Source: Flectonema sp. DT1601
Lineage: Eukaryota
Assembly (NCBI GenBank): GCA_964019425.1
Contig: OZ025785.1
Span: 496,001-560,000 of the forward strand
DNA length: 64,000 bases
Direction: 5' to 3'
A program made the position numbers and the translations under genes. Position 1 is the first letter of the stretch, and each line of letters opens with the position of its first letter. Below are positions 21,963-34,006 of this stretch, piece by piece. A model generated the notes under the pieces. The model did not search any database and was not told the origin of the DNA. It saw nothing but the letters and a program-made list of their open reading frames with translations.

Positions 21963-22993
21963 TGACTGTGAGTCCCTGACCTCTATCGATGTTTCCAGAC
22001 TTGAGAAGGTGACTACAATAGGAAGAGGTTTCGTTGGGTATTGAAAACTGACCATAAGAGATGTCAAGGTTAACTTTAGGAACTTGATATTTAGGAATTA
22101 AACGTAATTAGCTTCCATCACTTTATTGCAAGTGAGATAGAAAATGATGATAACGTACTGAAGAGAACTTTTAAATTGTTATGGAAAACACTACCTTTTT
22201 GTTGTGAGCATGTAATCGAGTTGACAAAACAATGAATTGAATCCTCTACTGGTGCGGGTCAACTACTAAACTTACTGATGAAGACCTAAGAAGGACAAGT
22301 AGTATAAGATTAAGGCTCCTGAAACTACGTATTCCACAAGTGATTTATGGATTAGCAGATCTATTGTGTTTTTTTTTAATAACGTTTTCTTCTTTTTATA
22401 TTTTTTTGATTTGGTACAACTATTTCATAATAAACTAATATTCTAATTGAGAAATACTTCTTTATATGCTGATGGAAATAACTTAAGTTTTCTGCAAACC
22501 TCCAAAAATAATATGAGAATACTCTTGAAATCGAACCCAACAATCAAAATTCCATTCAGGTAATTTGCCACCGATAAAACTTATGTCTGCGGGTATCGAA
22601 TCCTTAAAAGTCTATCGCATTGCTATTGTATTGCAGATCGATAATATAACCACCGTTTTCTTGTTTTACTTGAGTTAATTTGAGTTTTATTTTATTATAC
22701 TGATGGATATTTGTACTCCTTTATCAGTTCTCACTCTCCTGTACTCATGTACAACTCAATCGAACCCTGTCTGAAAGTGGATAAGAATATTTGTGAAATC
22801 ATATTTTTAACGTGACAATCATTATAAATTCTTAACACTTGTGTTCTACTTTTTTGAGTTTCCTTTTCGTGTTTCACATTCAGATCGCGAGATCTCTGAG
22901 TGGAACTCTCAGAAGAGCTACCGTCAGGACAATTCTTGCCATCGTGATTTGGACCCCCACGTGTCCAAGTCCAACATGCTCGTTTTTCTTTCG

Positions 22994-23293
22994 GTAATGA
23001 CTCACTTTATTGTTGCTCTATTCTCATTCCAATCTAACAGCCATTGTTTTGAGACATTCTTAAAGACAGTAATGACTCACTTTATTGTTGCTCTATTCTC
23101 ATTCCAATCTAACAGCCATTGTTTTGAGACATTCTTAAAGACAGTAATGACTCACTTTATTGTTGCTCTATTCTCATTCCAATCTAACAGCCATTGTTTT
23201 GAGACATTCTTAAAGACAGTAATGACTCACTTTATTGTTGCTCTATTCTCATTCCAATCTAACAGCCATTGTTTTGAGACATTCTTAAAGACA
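22994..23293 (+). repeat. 75-bp tandem repeat, 4 copies
   Basis: Same unit as 5412-5561. Confidence 0.95.
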
Positions 23294-23498
23294 AAAAGCA
23301 AATCGAAGACTTCCATTCGATCACTTTGATGAGATCTACCGAACCACATAATTTAGTTTCCATGTGATCACAATAAAACCTCAGACAACTAATGTGAGCG
23401 TTGCTATGACATCTGAGAATAAAAGGAACCATTGATGGTCTGCGAAGAGAAAATTAAACGTAAGATGGATGGAATGTGGTTGCGACTCACTTCTTACC

Positions 23499-23556
23499 GA
23501 CCTCAGCAGTTGAAGATCTACGTGCTGAACTTAAGCATATCGGTCTACACAGGAAA
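23499..23556 (+). rRNA. Second, more degraded copy of the LSU rRNA 5'-end fragment
   Basis: As 5769-5826, but the 3' helix strand is changed to ggtctacac. Confidence 0.65.
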
Positions 23557-24066
23557 TGGGAATTTTGGTAGTTAAATATATTCTAAAAAATGAGATCACT
23601 ACCTCCTGCCATTAGTAAGTAATTAGGTCCCGTCACTGTACTCACTTGGGAAAGTAATTATTCGAATTGAAAACACCGTATTCGGAACTCCTGCCGATAC
23701 ATTGATGACTTCCTTAACTGGAGTTGCAACCCTCCTTTGGAAGAATCTGATACATAGTACTCGAAGTGGGACGCACAACATTCAAATTACTCAACTGCAG
23801 CAATATCAGGACAGTTTGTCTCCCCTTCATTAACTCTCACATTAATAATTGGTAGCATTGCAGCAATGCGTCGGCGTATCTAGATGGTGTCTCTTGCGTA
23901 CAATAGTATCGAAGTCGGAGTTTTAATTCATCACACGCTGATATTCTTCAGGTGGTTTCCAGACAAGTGGGAACTTGACTCACAGCAGTTTCCTTCATTC
24001 TTGAATTGAAGTTACGTATCCTTTGACTTAATTCTTCATCACCAGAAACTCATCCAGTTAAAAATA

Positions 24067-26037
24067 ATGGCAACTATCGATTCCCTGTCCTCTGTTTTGC
24101 GGAGCCATCAGAGGTTCATGGCGAAGCTGCTGGTGGAAGTGGTGAGTCGGAAGGAGGAGTCGGGGGCGCTGATGGACAGCTTTTCAGAAGTTCTCAGATC
24201 GTCGGAGGAGATCATGGTTGGAATGACGGATGCTGAGGCTGCGACTGAATTGACGACGTACAAGGAAGTACACCGGGTGGCGAGGGAGAAGGAGTCGGCG
24301 AAGTTGGTGGAAGGAAGCTCGCGATTACTGGGAACCCTTTCCTTGCATCCTGACATGAAGTGTGCCGATATCGGGTTTGTTAAAGCTGATCTCAAGGGGG
24401 AGGGGAAGTTGGAGTTGGTCGAAGATGACCTGAGGAATGTATTCTCGTCCACCTGCTTCCCTCGGATGCTGAACGAGGATGAGTATTTCAACACACTTCA
24501 AATTGGTTACTTGGGCATGGGTGAAACAGAGGAGGGTGTCCCAGCCCAACTCAGGAAGGAACTCTTCCTGCTGCTGGACTGGCCGAGACTCTCCCACTCG
24601 TCGAAGGAAGAAGTCAGATCCCAATTTGACAACACCTCATGGGGTGCTGAGATCCTCCGTGAGCTGGAAGATTCGAACAACTGGGGTACTGTGAAAAGAA
24701 CATACAAATGGTCTGAACGTGTTGTGACTGCGGAGGAGTTGAGAACTTCACATCTTCGTACTCGAATTGACATTTTGTTCGCACAAAATCCCGACATGTT
24801 GTGTGTCTTCGATGCCTCAGAATATATCGACGATGAAGGCACCCTTTCTAGTGATTGTGTTGAGATACTTCCGTCTTGCATCCGTCGGTTGTCATTCACC
24901 AACTGCGGCCGTTGCATTAAACTTCAGCAGCATTTCCCGTGGGACAGTTGTGACTCGCTGACGTCAATCGATTTCACTGCTTTGTACAATGTGACGGCCA
25001 TCCCCAACAAGTTCTTGAACAACTTGAAGTCTCTGACTCACGTTAATCTATCTTCCATGAATGAAGTGACGAGTGTTGGCGATGACTTTATGAGTAACTG
25101 TGAGTCCCTCACCTCCATCGATATTTCCGGTTTAAAGAAACTGCCCAGAATAGGAGATGGATTCTTGCATGATTCGAAGTCTCTGACTAGTGTAGATTTG
25201 TGTTCTTTAAGTGAAGTTAAGATCATTGGCTATTACTTTATTAGTAACTGTGAGTCCCTCACCTCCATCGATGTTTCTGGTTTCAAGAAACTGAATAGAA
25301 CAGGACATACGTTCTTGCATAATTCAAAGTCTCTGACTAGCGTGGATTTGTCTTCCTTTAGTAGAGTTATGAGTATTGGCGAATACTTCCTTAGTAACTG
25401 TGAGTCCCTCACCTCCATCGATGTTTCTGGTTTCAAGAAACTGAATAGAACAGGACATACGTTCTTGCATAATTCAAAGTCTCTGACTAGCGTGGATTTG
25501 TCTTCCTTTAGTAGAGTTATGAGTATTGGCGAATACTTCCTTAGTAACTGTGAGTCCCTCACCTCCATCGATGTTTCTGGTTTCAAGAAACTGAATAGAA
25601 CAGGACATACGTTCTTGCATAATTCAAAGTCTCTGACTAGCGTGGATTTGTCTTCCTTTAGTAGAGTTATGAGTATTGGCGAATACTTCCTTAGTAACTG
25701 TGAGTCCCTCACCTCCATCGATGTTTCTGGTTTCAAGAAACTGAATAGAACAGGACATACGTTCTTGCATAATTCAAAGTCTCTGACTAGCGTGGATTTG
25801 TCTTCCTTTAGTAGAGTTATGAGTATTGGCGAATACTTCCTTAGTAACTGTGAGTCCCTCACCTCAATCGATGTTTCTGGTTTGCAGCATCTGAGTACAA
25901 TCAGATTTAGATCTGCAAAACGTGGCTTCCAAGGTGGTTTCCTGAAGGAAACAAAACTGACTAAGAAAGATGTCAGGGGATTGGAGAAGTGCAGTGATGT
26001 TGTTAAAGGGGTATTTTGGCAGTTAAATATATTCTAA
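24067..26037 (+). CDS. BspA-type LRR protein, paralog 3 (656 aa)
   Basis: Family N-terminus. Four identical 150-bp repeat units at about 25241-25840. Confidence 0.9.
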   Translation: MATIDSLSSVLRSHQRFMAKLLVEVVSRKEESGALMDSFSEVLRSSEEIMVGMTDAEAATELTTYKEVHRVAREKESAKLVEGSSRLLGTLSLHPDMKCADIGFVKADLKGEGKLELVEDDLRNVFSSTCFPRMLNEDEYFNTLQIGYLGMGETEEGVPAQLRKELFLLLDWPRLSHSSKEEVRSQFDNTSWGAEILRELEDSNNWGTVKRTYKWSERVVTAEELRTSHLRTRIDILFAQNPDMLCVFDASEYIDDEGTLSSDCVEILPSCIRRLSFTNCGRCIKLQQHFPWDSCDSLTSIDFTALYNVTAIPNKFLNNLKSLTHVNLSSMNEVTSVGDDFMSNCESLTSIDISGLKKLPRIGDGFLHDSKSLTSVDLCSLSEVKIIGYYFISNCESLTSIDVSGFKKLNRTGHTFLHNSKSLTSVDLSSFSRVMSIGEYFLSNCESLTSIDVSGFKKLNRTGHTFLHNSKSLTSVDLSSFSRVMSIGEYFLSNCESLTSIDVSGFKKLNRTGHTFLHNSKSLTSVDLSSFSRVMSIGEYFLSNCESLTSIDVSGFKKLNRTGHTFLHNSKSLTSVDLSSFSRVMSIGEYFLSNCESLTSIDVSGLQHLSTIRFRSAKRGFQGGFLKETKLTKKDVRGLEKCSDVVKGVFWQLNIF

Positions 26038-26471
26038 AATATGAGATGACCACCTTCAGCCAGTTGGTAAGTAATTAGGTCCCGTCACTGTACTCACTTG
26101 GGAAAGTAATTATTCGAATTGGAAACACCGTATTCGGAACTCCTGCCGATACATTGATGACTTGTGGTGCATACAACAGCATAAGAAAAGCTAATTACCC
26201 TGTAAAGTCTGGGGAGCACCCCCAACCATTTTTGATTTTGTAATAACCGCCCCGTTCTGAAGCTATTTGTGTAGTAAACGCTAGTTTGCCGTATTGGGTT
26301 TTATTGACCGATTGTTATGCAACTGAACGCAGAAAGGTATTTTCCGTGTGTTTGCTTTTTGGTCGTTGGTTGTCTTTTCGTACGTCTCGTTAAGTGTTTC
26401 AGCTATTTGTGTTTCGGAACTGTTTTGATGAAAATAATTGATTCTCTCATTTATTCTTTTCAGGTTTCCAA

Positions 26472-28628
26472 ATGGAGGAATCACAAAACCACATATGCAC
26501 CGGTAGCAACGCCCAAGATAAATATTGGAAACAAGTATTCCATCCTCTTTTTAAAAGTGAGGGGGATTCTTCAATAATTTCCGAAAGTAAAAAACTGATA
26601 TCTGAATTCTATCCGGAAGTGAAGAGGGGTCCAGTGGGTGAAACTCTTCTTCACAGATTGATATTAGGTCATCCTGATAAGGGGAAAGAGAATAAGTTAA
26701 GAAAGGTATTGGATTTACTACTCAAACTAGATGACCCAGTGTTATTAAAGGAAATAGTATGTCACGCCTACAACAGGAGAGATCCGAAAGTTGCGCAAGT
26801 AAAATCAGGAACAGAGAGATCAACCAAATCACTTCGATATAAAGAATTAGTTTTTGATGGAGAAACAGGATTACACCTTGCTATTGCTTTTGGTGACATG
26901 GAATTGGTTGAAAAACTACTGTCGCTGGGGGCAGACTTGTGCTCTAGAGCATACGGTTCTACCTTTGCTCCTGGAGTATCCAGAACGTACTTTGGTGAAT
27001 ATCCCTTGTCCTTGGCAGCTGCGATGGGTTCTATGGAAGTCGCTGAAATAATGCTGCGTCACTACTCTAAACAAACACCTGCTGTTTTAGACAATGAACA
27101 AGATATTGTTTCAATGAATGACGAGGCGAAAGCTTTGGAAAAAACTAAGGATGCTTTATACAGAAAGATGGACACTTTTGATAATAACGCGTTTCATATC
27201 GCAATCATAAACCATCGAATTGATTTTTATATCTTTCTCTTGAAAGAAGCAGTTAGAGACGGATTAACTGCCGTTCAAGTTAGTGAGTTTTATGGGGCTT
27301 ATGGACTCACTCCGCTGACTTTAGCTGTTTTGTGGTATCCTGATGGCAGTGGATTTCAAAAAGTACTTGACACTTTTAAGGGAAAAGTTCTTTGGGTGTT
27401 TTCAGGAATAGAAGCAAGACTATATCCCCTTCAACAGATTGATAGTGTTCCATCTGAGGGAAGTGAGTTTATCTCTGTGATATATCTGGTGACTCGATAT
27501 AATATTTTAGGGTTAGCAGAAAACCATTTACTTCAATCAATTTTAAAGGAGAAGTGGAACGATCATTTGGCGATACCCGCATACGTTGCTATGATTATTC
27601 ATGTCTGGTTTCTTGGAGTAATAACTGCGTACACTGTTATGCTACACCCTCATGGAAGACTCGATGATGAACGAGCTAAGTCTCTGCAACAGATGTCGTT
27701 GGGAGTGAGTATTTTTTATTTCGTTGGAATCTTTTATGATATCGTAGTTTGTTTGAATTATCGATCTGATTTACAATCTGTTAAGAATGTTCCTGGCGAT
27801 GATACCATGAGAAGGGAACTTGACCTTCCACAAGATATCCTATCTGCATACAAATCACTAAAACACAAAGCAGCATATCCAAATTACCCCATTGAGATGC
27901 CAACTATGATGTGCTATTTTGGTGTACCGTTGACATGCTGGGATGTCATTGGTTGTCTTGGTACTATTTTTATGTTTTTGCATGTAGCTACGCGATCAGA
28001 AACTGAATTTACTGCAGGTGTTCCTACGTCTTTGGTTCTATTGGGAATAGCTGATTTATGTATTTGGGTCTCGACCCTAGCATACATGACCATGTATGAG
28101 AGAACTGGTCTTCTAGTGTCGATGATTAGCCGGACTTTGGTTAGAGATTTCATGCCTTTTGTTTGTGTTTTTACAGCTATTATTTGCGGAGTATCTGTCG
28201 CTGTGTTTTCAATTCAAAGAAGTGGAATGACACTACCACAAGTAATAGATTTATTAAAGCGTCTGAGCATCGGAGTCTACCAACACGAGACGTTCGAACC
28301 ACAGGGTCATGGTGAAACACTTCGTGTTGTTAGTTATGTGTTTTTGTTGATATTTACATTGCTTTCTTTATTATTACTTTTAAATCTTCTTATCGCAACA
28401 CTATCGACAACATATCAACAGTACATTAATACCGTTCATCAGACCTGGAGTCTTGATAGAGCATCAAGAATACTGTTGTGGGAATGTCGTCTTCGATTCT
28501 TTAGAAGGATTGTATTGCAATCTAATAAAGGTGATTACCTTCACCTCGGTGAAACATCTGAAAGTGGTCCAGAGGGATCCTTTGGAAGGGTTGAGTCGAG
28601 AAAGAAGAAAAGATTTTCCACCTGGTGA
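26472..28628 (+). CDS. TRPV-like cation channel (ankyrin repeats + transmembrane domain)
   Basis: Ankyrin motifs GETLLH, GETGLHLAI, YFGEYPLSLAA, GLTPLTLA; multiple TM helices; S6 LLLNLLIATLSTTY; TRP-box-like WSLDRA. Confidence 0.9.
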   Translation: MEESQNHICTGSNAQDKYWKQVFHPLFKSEGDSSIISESKKLISEFYPEVKRGPVGETLLHRLILGHPDKGKENKLRKVLDLLLKLDDPVLLKEIVCHAYNRRDPKVAQVKSGTERSTKSLRYKELVFDGETGLHLAIAFGDMELVEKLLSLGADLCSRAYGSTFAPGVSRTYFGEYPLSLAAAMGSMEVAEIMLRHYSKQTPAVLDNEQDIVSMNDEAKALEKTKDALYRKMDTFDNNAFHIAIINHRIDFYIFLLKEAVRDGLTAVQVSEFYGAYGLTPLTLAVLWYPDGSGFQKVLDTFKGKVLWVFSGIEARLYPLQQIDSVPSEGSEFISVIYLVTRYNILGLAENHLLQSILKEKWNDHLAIPAYVAMIIHVWFLGVITAYTVMLHPHGRLDDERAKSLQQMSLGVSIFYFVGIFYDIVVCLNYRSDLQSVKNVPGDDTMRRELDLPQDILSAYKSLKHKAAYPNYPIEMPTMMCYFGVPLTCWDVIGCLGTIFMFLHVATRSETEFTAGVPTSLVLLGIADLCIWVSTLAYMTMYERTGLLVSMISRTLVRDFMPFVCVFTAIICGVSVAVFSIQRSGMTLPQVIDLLKRLSIGVYQHETFEPQGHGETLRVVSYVFLLIFTLLSLLLLLNLLIATLSTTYQQYINTVHQTWSLDRASRILLWECRLRFFRRIVLQSNKGDYLHLGETSESGPEGSFGRVESRKKKRFSTW

Positions 28629-30035
28629 TCAATCTGCTGAAGTTACTTATACATTACTGGTAGCATTGTATCAATGATCAACAGGACTTTGGTTAGAGAT
28701 TTCATACATTTTTGTGTGTGTTTTTACAGCTGTTATTAGTCTGTTGTTGTGGGATCTTTTGGAAAAGAGTTGACGTCGAGAACCGACGATAAGATTTTCC
28801 ACTCGGTGGTGTCGATTTTTTTTTTTCTTTTTTTGATGATGCCTTTTGAGTCGATTTAATCTTTCAAAATATTTTGGCTAAATTGTTGTTCCTTTGCGCT
28901 TTTAATAATGCAATATCAAATTATCCCTCTTGTACTTCTTCTTCATTGGTGGGACTGTTTATCTTCTCATTTATTTTTTTTGATTCTCATCCATACCCTC
29001 GTAGGGGTTTTCAATATTGCGCTCGTGCTAATCTTTCTTCATGTCTTTTAATTTTTTTTTTTATATAAATTAAATTACATAATTAAAGTTAATTATTTTT
29101 TTTTTAAATTTATTTATTATTTGTCGATAGTGTCATTCCAACGATGAGCTACTCAAATAACGATGTCGCCATATTTTTGATTTTAGTTTGTAGTAATTCT
29201 TCTCTCAGTCAATGAACACTCAACCCGATCAAAATATTCAATTAAATCGCTGTTGTGGTATGCCTTTTTCAATAATACAACGGGAAAAAAAAAAAAATTG
29301 TGATGAGTTGGCGATTTCGCAAACTATTTTTGTGGAATTAGGTGTTTTCCCAAAAAAAAAAAAAAAAAGCCACATCATGCAAATAATTTCTCGATTCGCT
29401 TGCAACTACCTACTATTGTTATTCAACCGTGAGTGAAATTTTTGTTTTGTTTTTTTCTTAGAAATCTTCGTGTGAAGCTTAATTAGTGGTCAAGAAAAAA
29501 GCCAAAAAAAAAAAAAAAAAAAAAAGCAATTCGCTCTTTTTTTTAATAATCGACAATAACTTTTTTTTTTTTTTGTTATGCTTAGGTTTGGTTTTATTGT
29601 GCTAAGGTTTTACCGATAAGTTGCATCAAAAATTCAACAAAAAAAAAAAAAAAAATATCACTCAGTCGCTAGCAATAACGTGCTGCTGTCCGTCTTTTTT
29701 TTTTTTTTTTTTTTTTAATAATCGCGAGAACCTTAACCAATAGGTGTCTTCGCAGTGGTACAGTTTACCTATTTCATTGGTCTCAAGAGATCATGTGCTT
29801 TACCCTTCGGGAGAAGAGCTTTAGTTCAGTTTGAGATCGTTTTTTTTGTGTGGTTGTATTTAACTGAATTATTTAATCTCCCCCCTCAACAGTCGTCACA
29901 TGCAAAGTGTTTACCGATACTAACATTACCTTTAGTCAACGTGTATCATAACTAATTGTTTTATTTTAGTTCTTCCTTGTTTTATATTTCTTATTAATAA
30001 CTCAAATATTATCTCATTTACAGTACTATGGAGTG

Positions 30036-33000
30036 ATGTATTACTCTAATTCCAATCCTCGTTATGATGACGTCTCTTCATCAGTCAATTCTAGTTGGGA
30101 GGATGACGTCGATGGACCTGCTGAAATTCGAATTCAGTTGCAACATCTCCAGGGAATGATATTTAGAAAAGAAAGGGAATTTCAAGAGGCAGATCTTAAA
30201 ACACAACACACGATAAAAGAACAAGAAAGACTCATTGATCATGTTAAAGGTGAGTTAGAATTTGCTGAAGCTCAACGTGTAAGGCTTCAAGACGAGATCG
30301 CAAAGCTGCGAGTTCAGGTATGACAAAAAAAAAAAAAAAACTATTTTAATGAAAAAATCCAATGACAGTAGTTTTAAAAAAAAAAAAAAAACACTCTAAA
30401 CAGATTTGCAACGGTATTGATCCGAACTCAGATGATAAGGTTCACAAGGCAACTTTAAATATACAACGCGACTTCGAACGCGCCAGAGCACACGATGAAC
30501 TGATGAGAAAAAATGAACTAGAACGCGCTAAGCGAATGGAAGAATCCCAACTTGCTGAGATGAAGGCCAGAGAAGAAAGACTAAGCATCCTACTTTCAGA
30601 TGAGCAAGCAAGAAATAGAGAAAGAGAAGAGGGACTCAGGTCTCAAATTGAAGAAGAAAGACTACTCGGAGAAGAGCGATTAAAACAACGAGAAGACTCA
30701 CTTAGAGTTCAGATGCTCGATGAAGGTAAACGTTCTGATGAAAGGTTTCAGGAATATCAAAAACTCGCACAGGAAGAAAAGATTCGCGCCGATGAAAAGT
30801 CTAAAGTAGCCAGAGAGCTTCAACGAGACATTGAAAACATCAAAGCTGATCTTGAGAGAGAATATCGACTCAAAGAAGACAACCTTCGTGAACACGAACA
30901 ACAACAACTTCAGAAGGAACGCGATGCGGCAGCTAAAAGGGAACAACTGCTAAGAGACCAACTCGACGATCTTCACAATTCAAGTCACTCAAAGATCCTG
31001 AAGGCATCCGAAACTGAAAAGAATCTCCGCGATGAGTTAGCTGAAAATAGACGAGACTCTCTCGCAAGAGAATCAGAACTCCGACAGCAATTATCAGATT
31101 CATCCCATGGACTCGATAAGGCTAGAGCTGAACTGACTTCTTTATCAGATCAAATATCACTTGAGCAACAACGACATCTTTCTGAGAGAGAACAGTGGGA
31201 AGCTGAAACAAAATTAGAAAGAGAAACCAATCAAAAGATTCACAACCTAGAACTCGATAAACTACGTCAGGAACTTGAGGATGAGTACAAACAAAAATTG
31301 AATGACGTGAAGACTTCAGTAGCGCCGTCACCTCCGGGTGTCAGGAGACCTAATTTGAGTGTTCAACCCCGTGCGACTCGTCCACAGCCACAACCACCAT
31401 CCCAGGATTCTCCTGCGAGAAGGCCTTTTGTTGGATCACCAGCTCTTCCTTCACAACAACAACCGTTCACTTCATTTGGACATGATGATGATAGAATGAG
31501 AGCAATGCTAAAACAGATTGAATCTCAAAAAAGTCGTATCGAAGAGCTCGTTGAAGAACTGGACACCAGCAAACGAAAGGAAGAAAAACGACGACTGACC
31601 GACATCGAAGACGCCGAGAGAAAGATTGCCGAACTCAGAAACAGACGAGGATCCTTAGAGAACGCAAAGTGTGATATCGAAAGACAACTACGTGACGCTG
31701 TTATGCAATTAGAAGAAAAGAACCTCCTAATGCAGAAATCAGAAAGGATGTCTGCGGAGGAAATCGATGAGTTGAAACACAAGCTTCAACTTCTAAAGAA
31801 TTCCTCTGCAGACGACATCGATCGCTTGCAAAAACGAGCAAACGGGCTCGAGGAAGAACTTCACAATTCTCGTGAAACTCTTCGAAACACGGAACGTAAT
31901 CTTCAAGACGAGAGAAACAAAGTTCTGGGTGATCATCTAAACAGCGAGTCTCAACTACGAGCTGAACTACACACAATTAATGCTGAGGTTCAAACTTTAC
32001 GTAGTGATCTTGCACGTCGATCAGAAGAACTAGCATCTCGCTCTGTAGATTTAGCATCAGCTCAGGGAGAGCTGACTGCCAAGACGAGTGAAATTCTATC
32101 TCTTCAGTCACAACTGTCTGCCGCACAAGACGAAATTCAAGCTCTCTGCAACAACTTACAGGAACGTGATGCGCTTGTATGCGCACAAGCTGAACTATCA
32201 GCAGCAGAAGAAGAAAGACAAAAGGAAACCCTTCGTCTATTTGAGAATGAGTGCAACCAACACCAACAAAGATTAGAAGGATTACAAAACATGCTTCAGG
32301 AAAGACAAGATGAACTCGATAACAGGTATGAGTGAGTTGATATTGTCTTTATTTGATATTTATTAATCAGAAAAATTAAAAAAAAATAACAAACAACAGC
32401 ACCATGGAAGCCAGCAATGTCAAGAGAGATGTTGAAGTTCTCAGATCAGAGAACGCTCGTTTACGTGAAGAGCTTGCAGCAACAAGAGAGAACCTTCGAA
32501 GTGAACTTGAAAAGCTTCGCGATGACTCTCAAGAACTTGAGAGAAAATTATACGTTGCTGAACAAGACGCAACAATGCAAAGAGAAAGAGCTGATGATCT
32601 GCATCACATCTTAACTGAAAAAGGAAATCTTGAAGAACAAGGAAGAAAAGCCGCATCAGATGCAATGGCTGAAGCAGCAGAACGAGAATTGGACAGACTA
32701 CGAGAACAGTTGACTTCTAAAACTGACCAACTACTTGTAAAAGATAGAATTGAAGAGACTCTCAGATACAATCTAAACTTATTACTGAATGAGATCAGTC
32801 CTGACATCCCAGAAAACCCATCTGACGACGACGAAACAGATCCCACGTCCCTTTCTATTATGAAAATCCAACGAGGAAAAGCCTGGATTGATTCATTACT
32901 GCTACGAATCTCAGCTCTCAAATCCTCTCTTCAACATTGCGAATCAACCATAAATCAATTCGTTGCTGACAGTAAAGAAATTCGCAAGCTCAGACGTAAA

Positions 33001-33975
33001 CTCGCTCGAGTATTAAAAAGACAAGTCAGACTTCGCAGGCAATACAATAAACTGAGAAAGAAGAAACAAGCTAAACAAATAATATACAAAAATACTCCAC
33101 GTGAAGAGAGATACATTGAATCGAGTGTTAGTGAGCAGCAGTATCAGCCTCAGCAACAACAGGTTGCTGTTAGATATGAACCACCACAACAGCAGCAACC
33201 GCAACAACAACAATCACAACAACCACAACAACAGTTATATGTAAATGATAATGGTGAAGGTATTGAGAAGAGAGGTCGTAGAACAGAAGTATCTCCTCCA
33301 CCTCCAACGTCAGGTAGGATGCAATTCAATGAAAGATTATCACCAGGTCCTAATAGTGAAGGTGACGATCAAAGACCGAGTGTTGAACAAATCGAACAAC
33401 TACTTGAGAGTATGGAAAACTTAATTAACAAACCTCTTCCTGGAATCAACGCAACCACACCAGTTCTTCATCAACTGCGTTCAGTCTCACCAGTGCGTGA
33501 GAGAGGTGCTCGTGACATGTCACCTGCACCTCCTCCACCACATTGTTCTGTGGAGTACCAACCTGTCCCGACTAGAGAAGGTTCAATAGTAACAGCGAGA
33601 GCTTTGCTCTCAGCACATGAACAGAATAGGGCTCGGAGAGAATTTCGTATTTCCGACATCACAAACACCATTCTCAGAAAAGAAACCGAAATAGCTGCTC
33701 TCAAGGCGAAGGAATCGACTCTCAACGAACGTTTGTAAATTTTTATCAATTTTTGTTCTCCTAAAAATTCTTTTTTTTTTAAAAAAATGCAAAACAAAAC
33801 GTGACCTTGTGAGCTATCATGTACTTATCTTTTCTTCGCCTTGGCGACGGGTAATCGTGGGACCTATAAAATCAGCTTAAGACTGTTAATGCGGTTTATA
33901 TTTTTAGCACACATTCTTACATGATAAGGATCGCTGGTTCCGAGGCTTTGCTCTCCCACTTATCTGCCTCTCTAT

Positions 33976-34006
<31 letters not shown>

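Larger units (their letters stand above)
19205..22090. pseudogene. Scrambled mosaic of TRP-channel, LRR and LRR-upstream fragments, including inverted block 19295-19864
   Basis: TRP start at 19205; inverted LRR/TRP pieces at 19295-19643; LRR-upstream copy at about 20090-20543; LRR fragment at about 20610-20965; TRP fragment at about 20968-21040; degenerate LRR end to about 22090. Confidence 0.85.

Noticed and set aside
21643..21979. ORFs inside the 697-bp element
   Set aside because: Short, overlapping in several frames, with no RT or endonuclease motifs.
21165..21982. Three 20-bp direct repeats as a CRISPR-like array
   Set aside because: Spacers are 61 and 697 bp, the context is eukaryotic with no cas genes, and an empty site shows they are target duplications.
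22841..23329. 162-aa and 120-aa (5259-5621) ORFs with repeated VMTHFIVALF
   Set aside because: Non-ATG starts; they are produced by the 75-bp tandem repeat.
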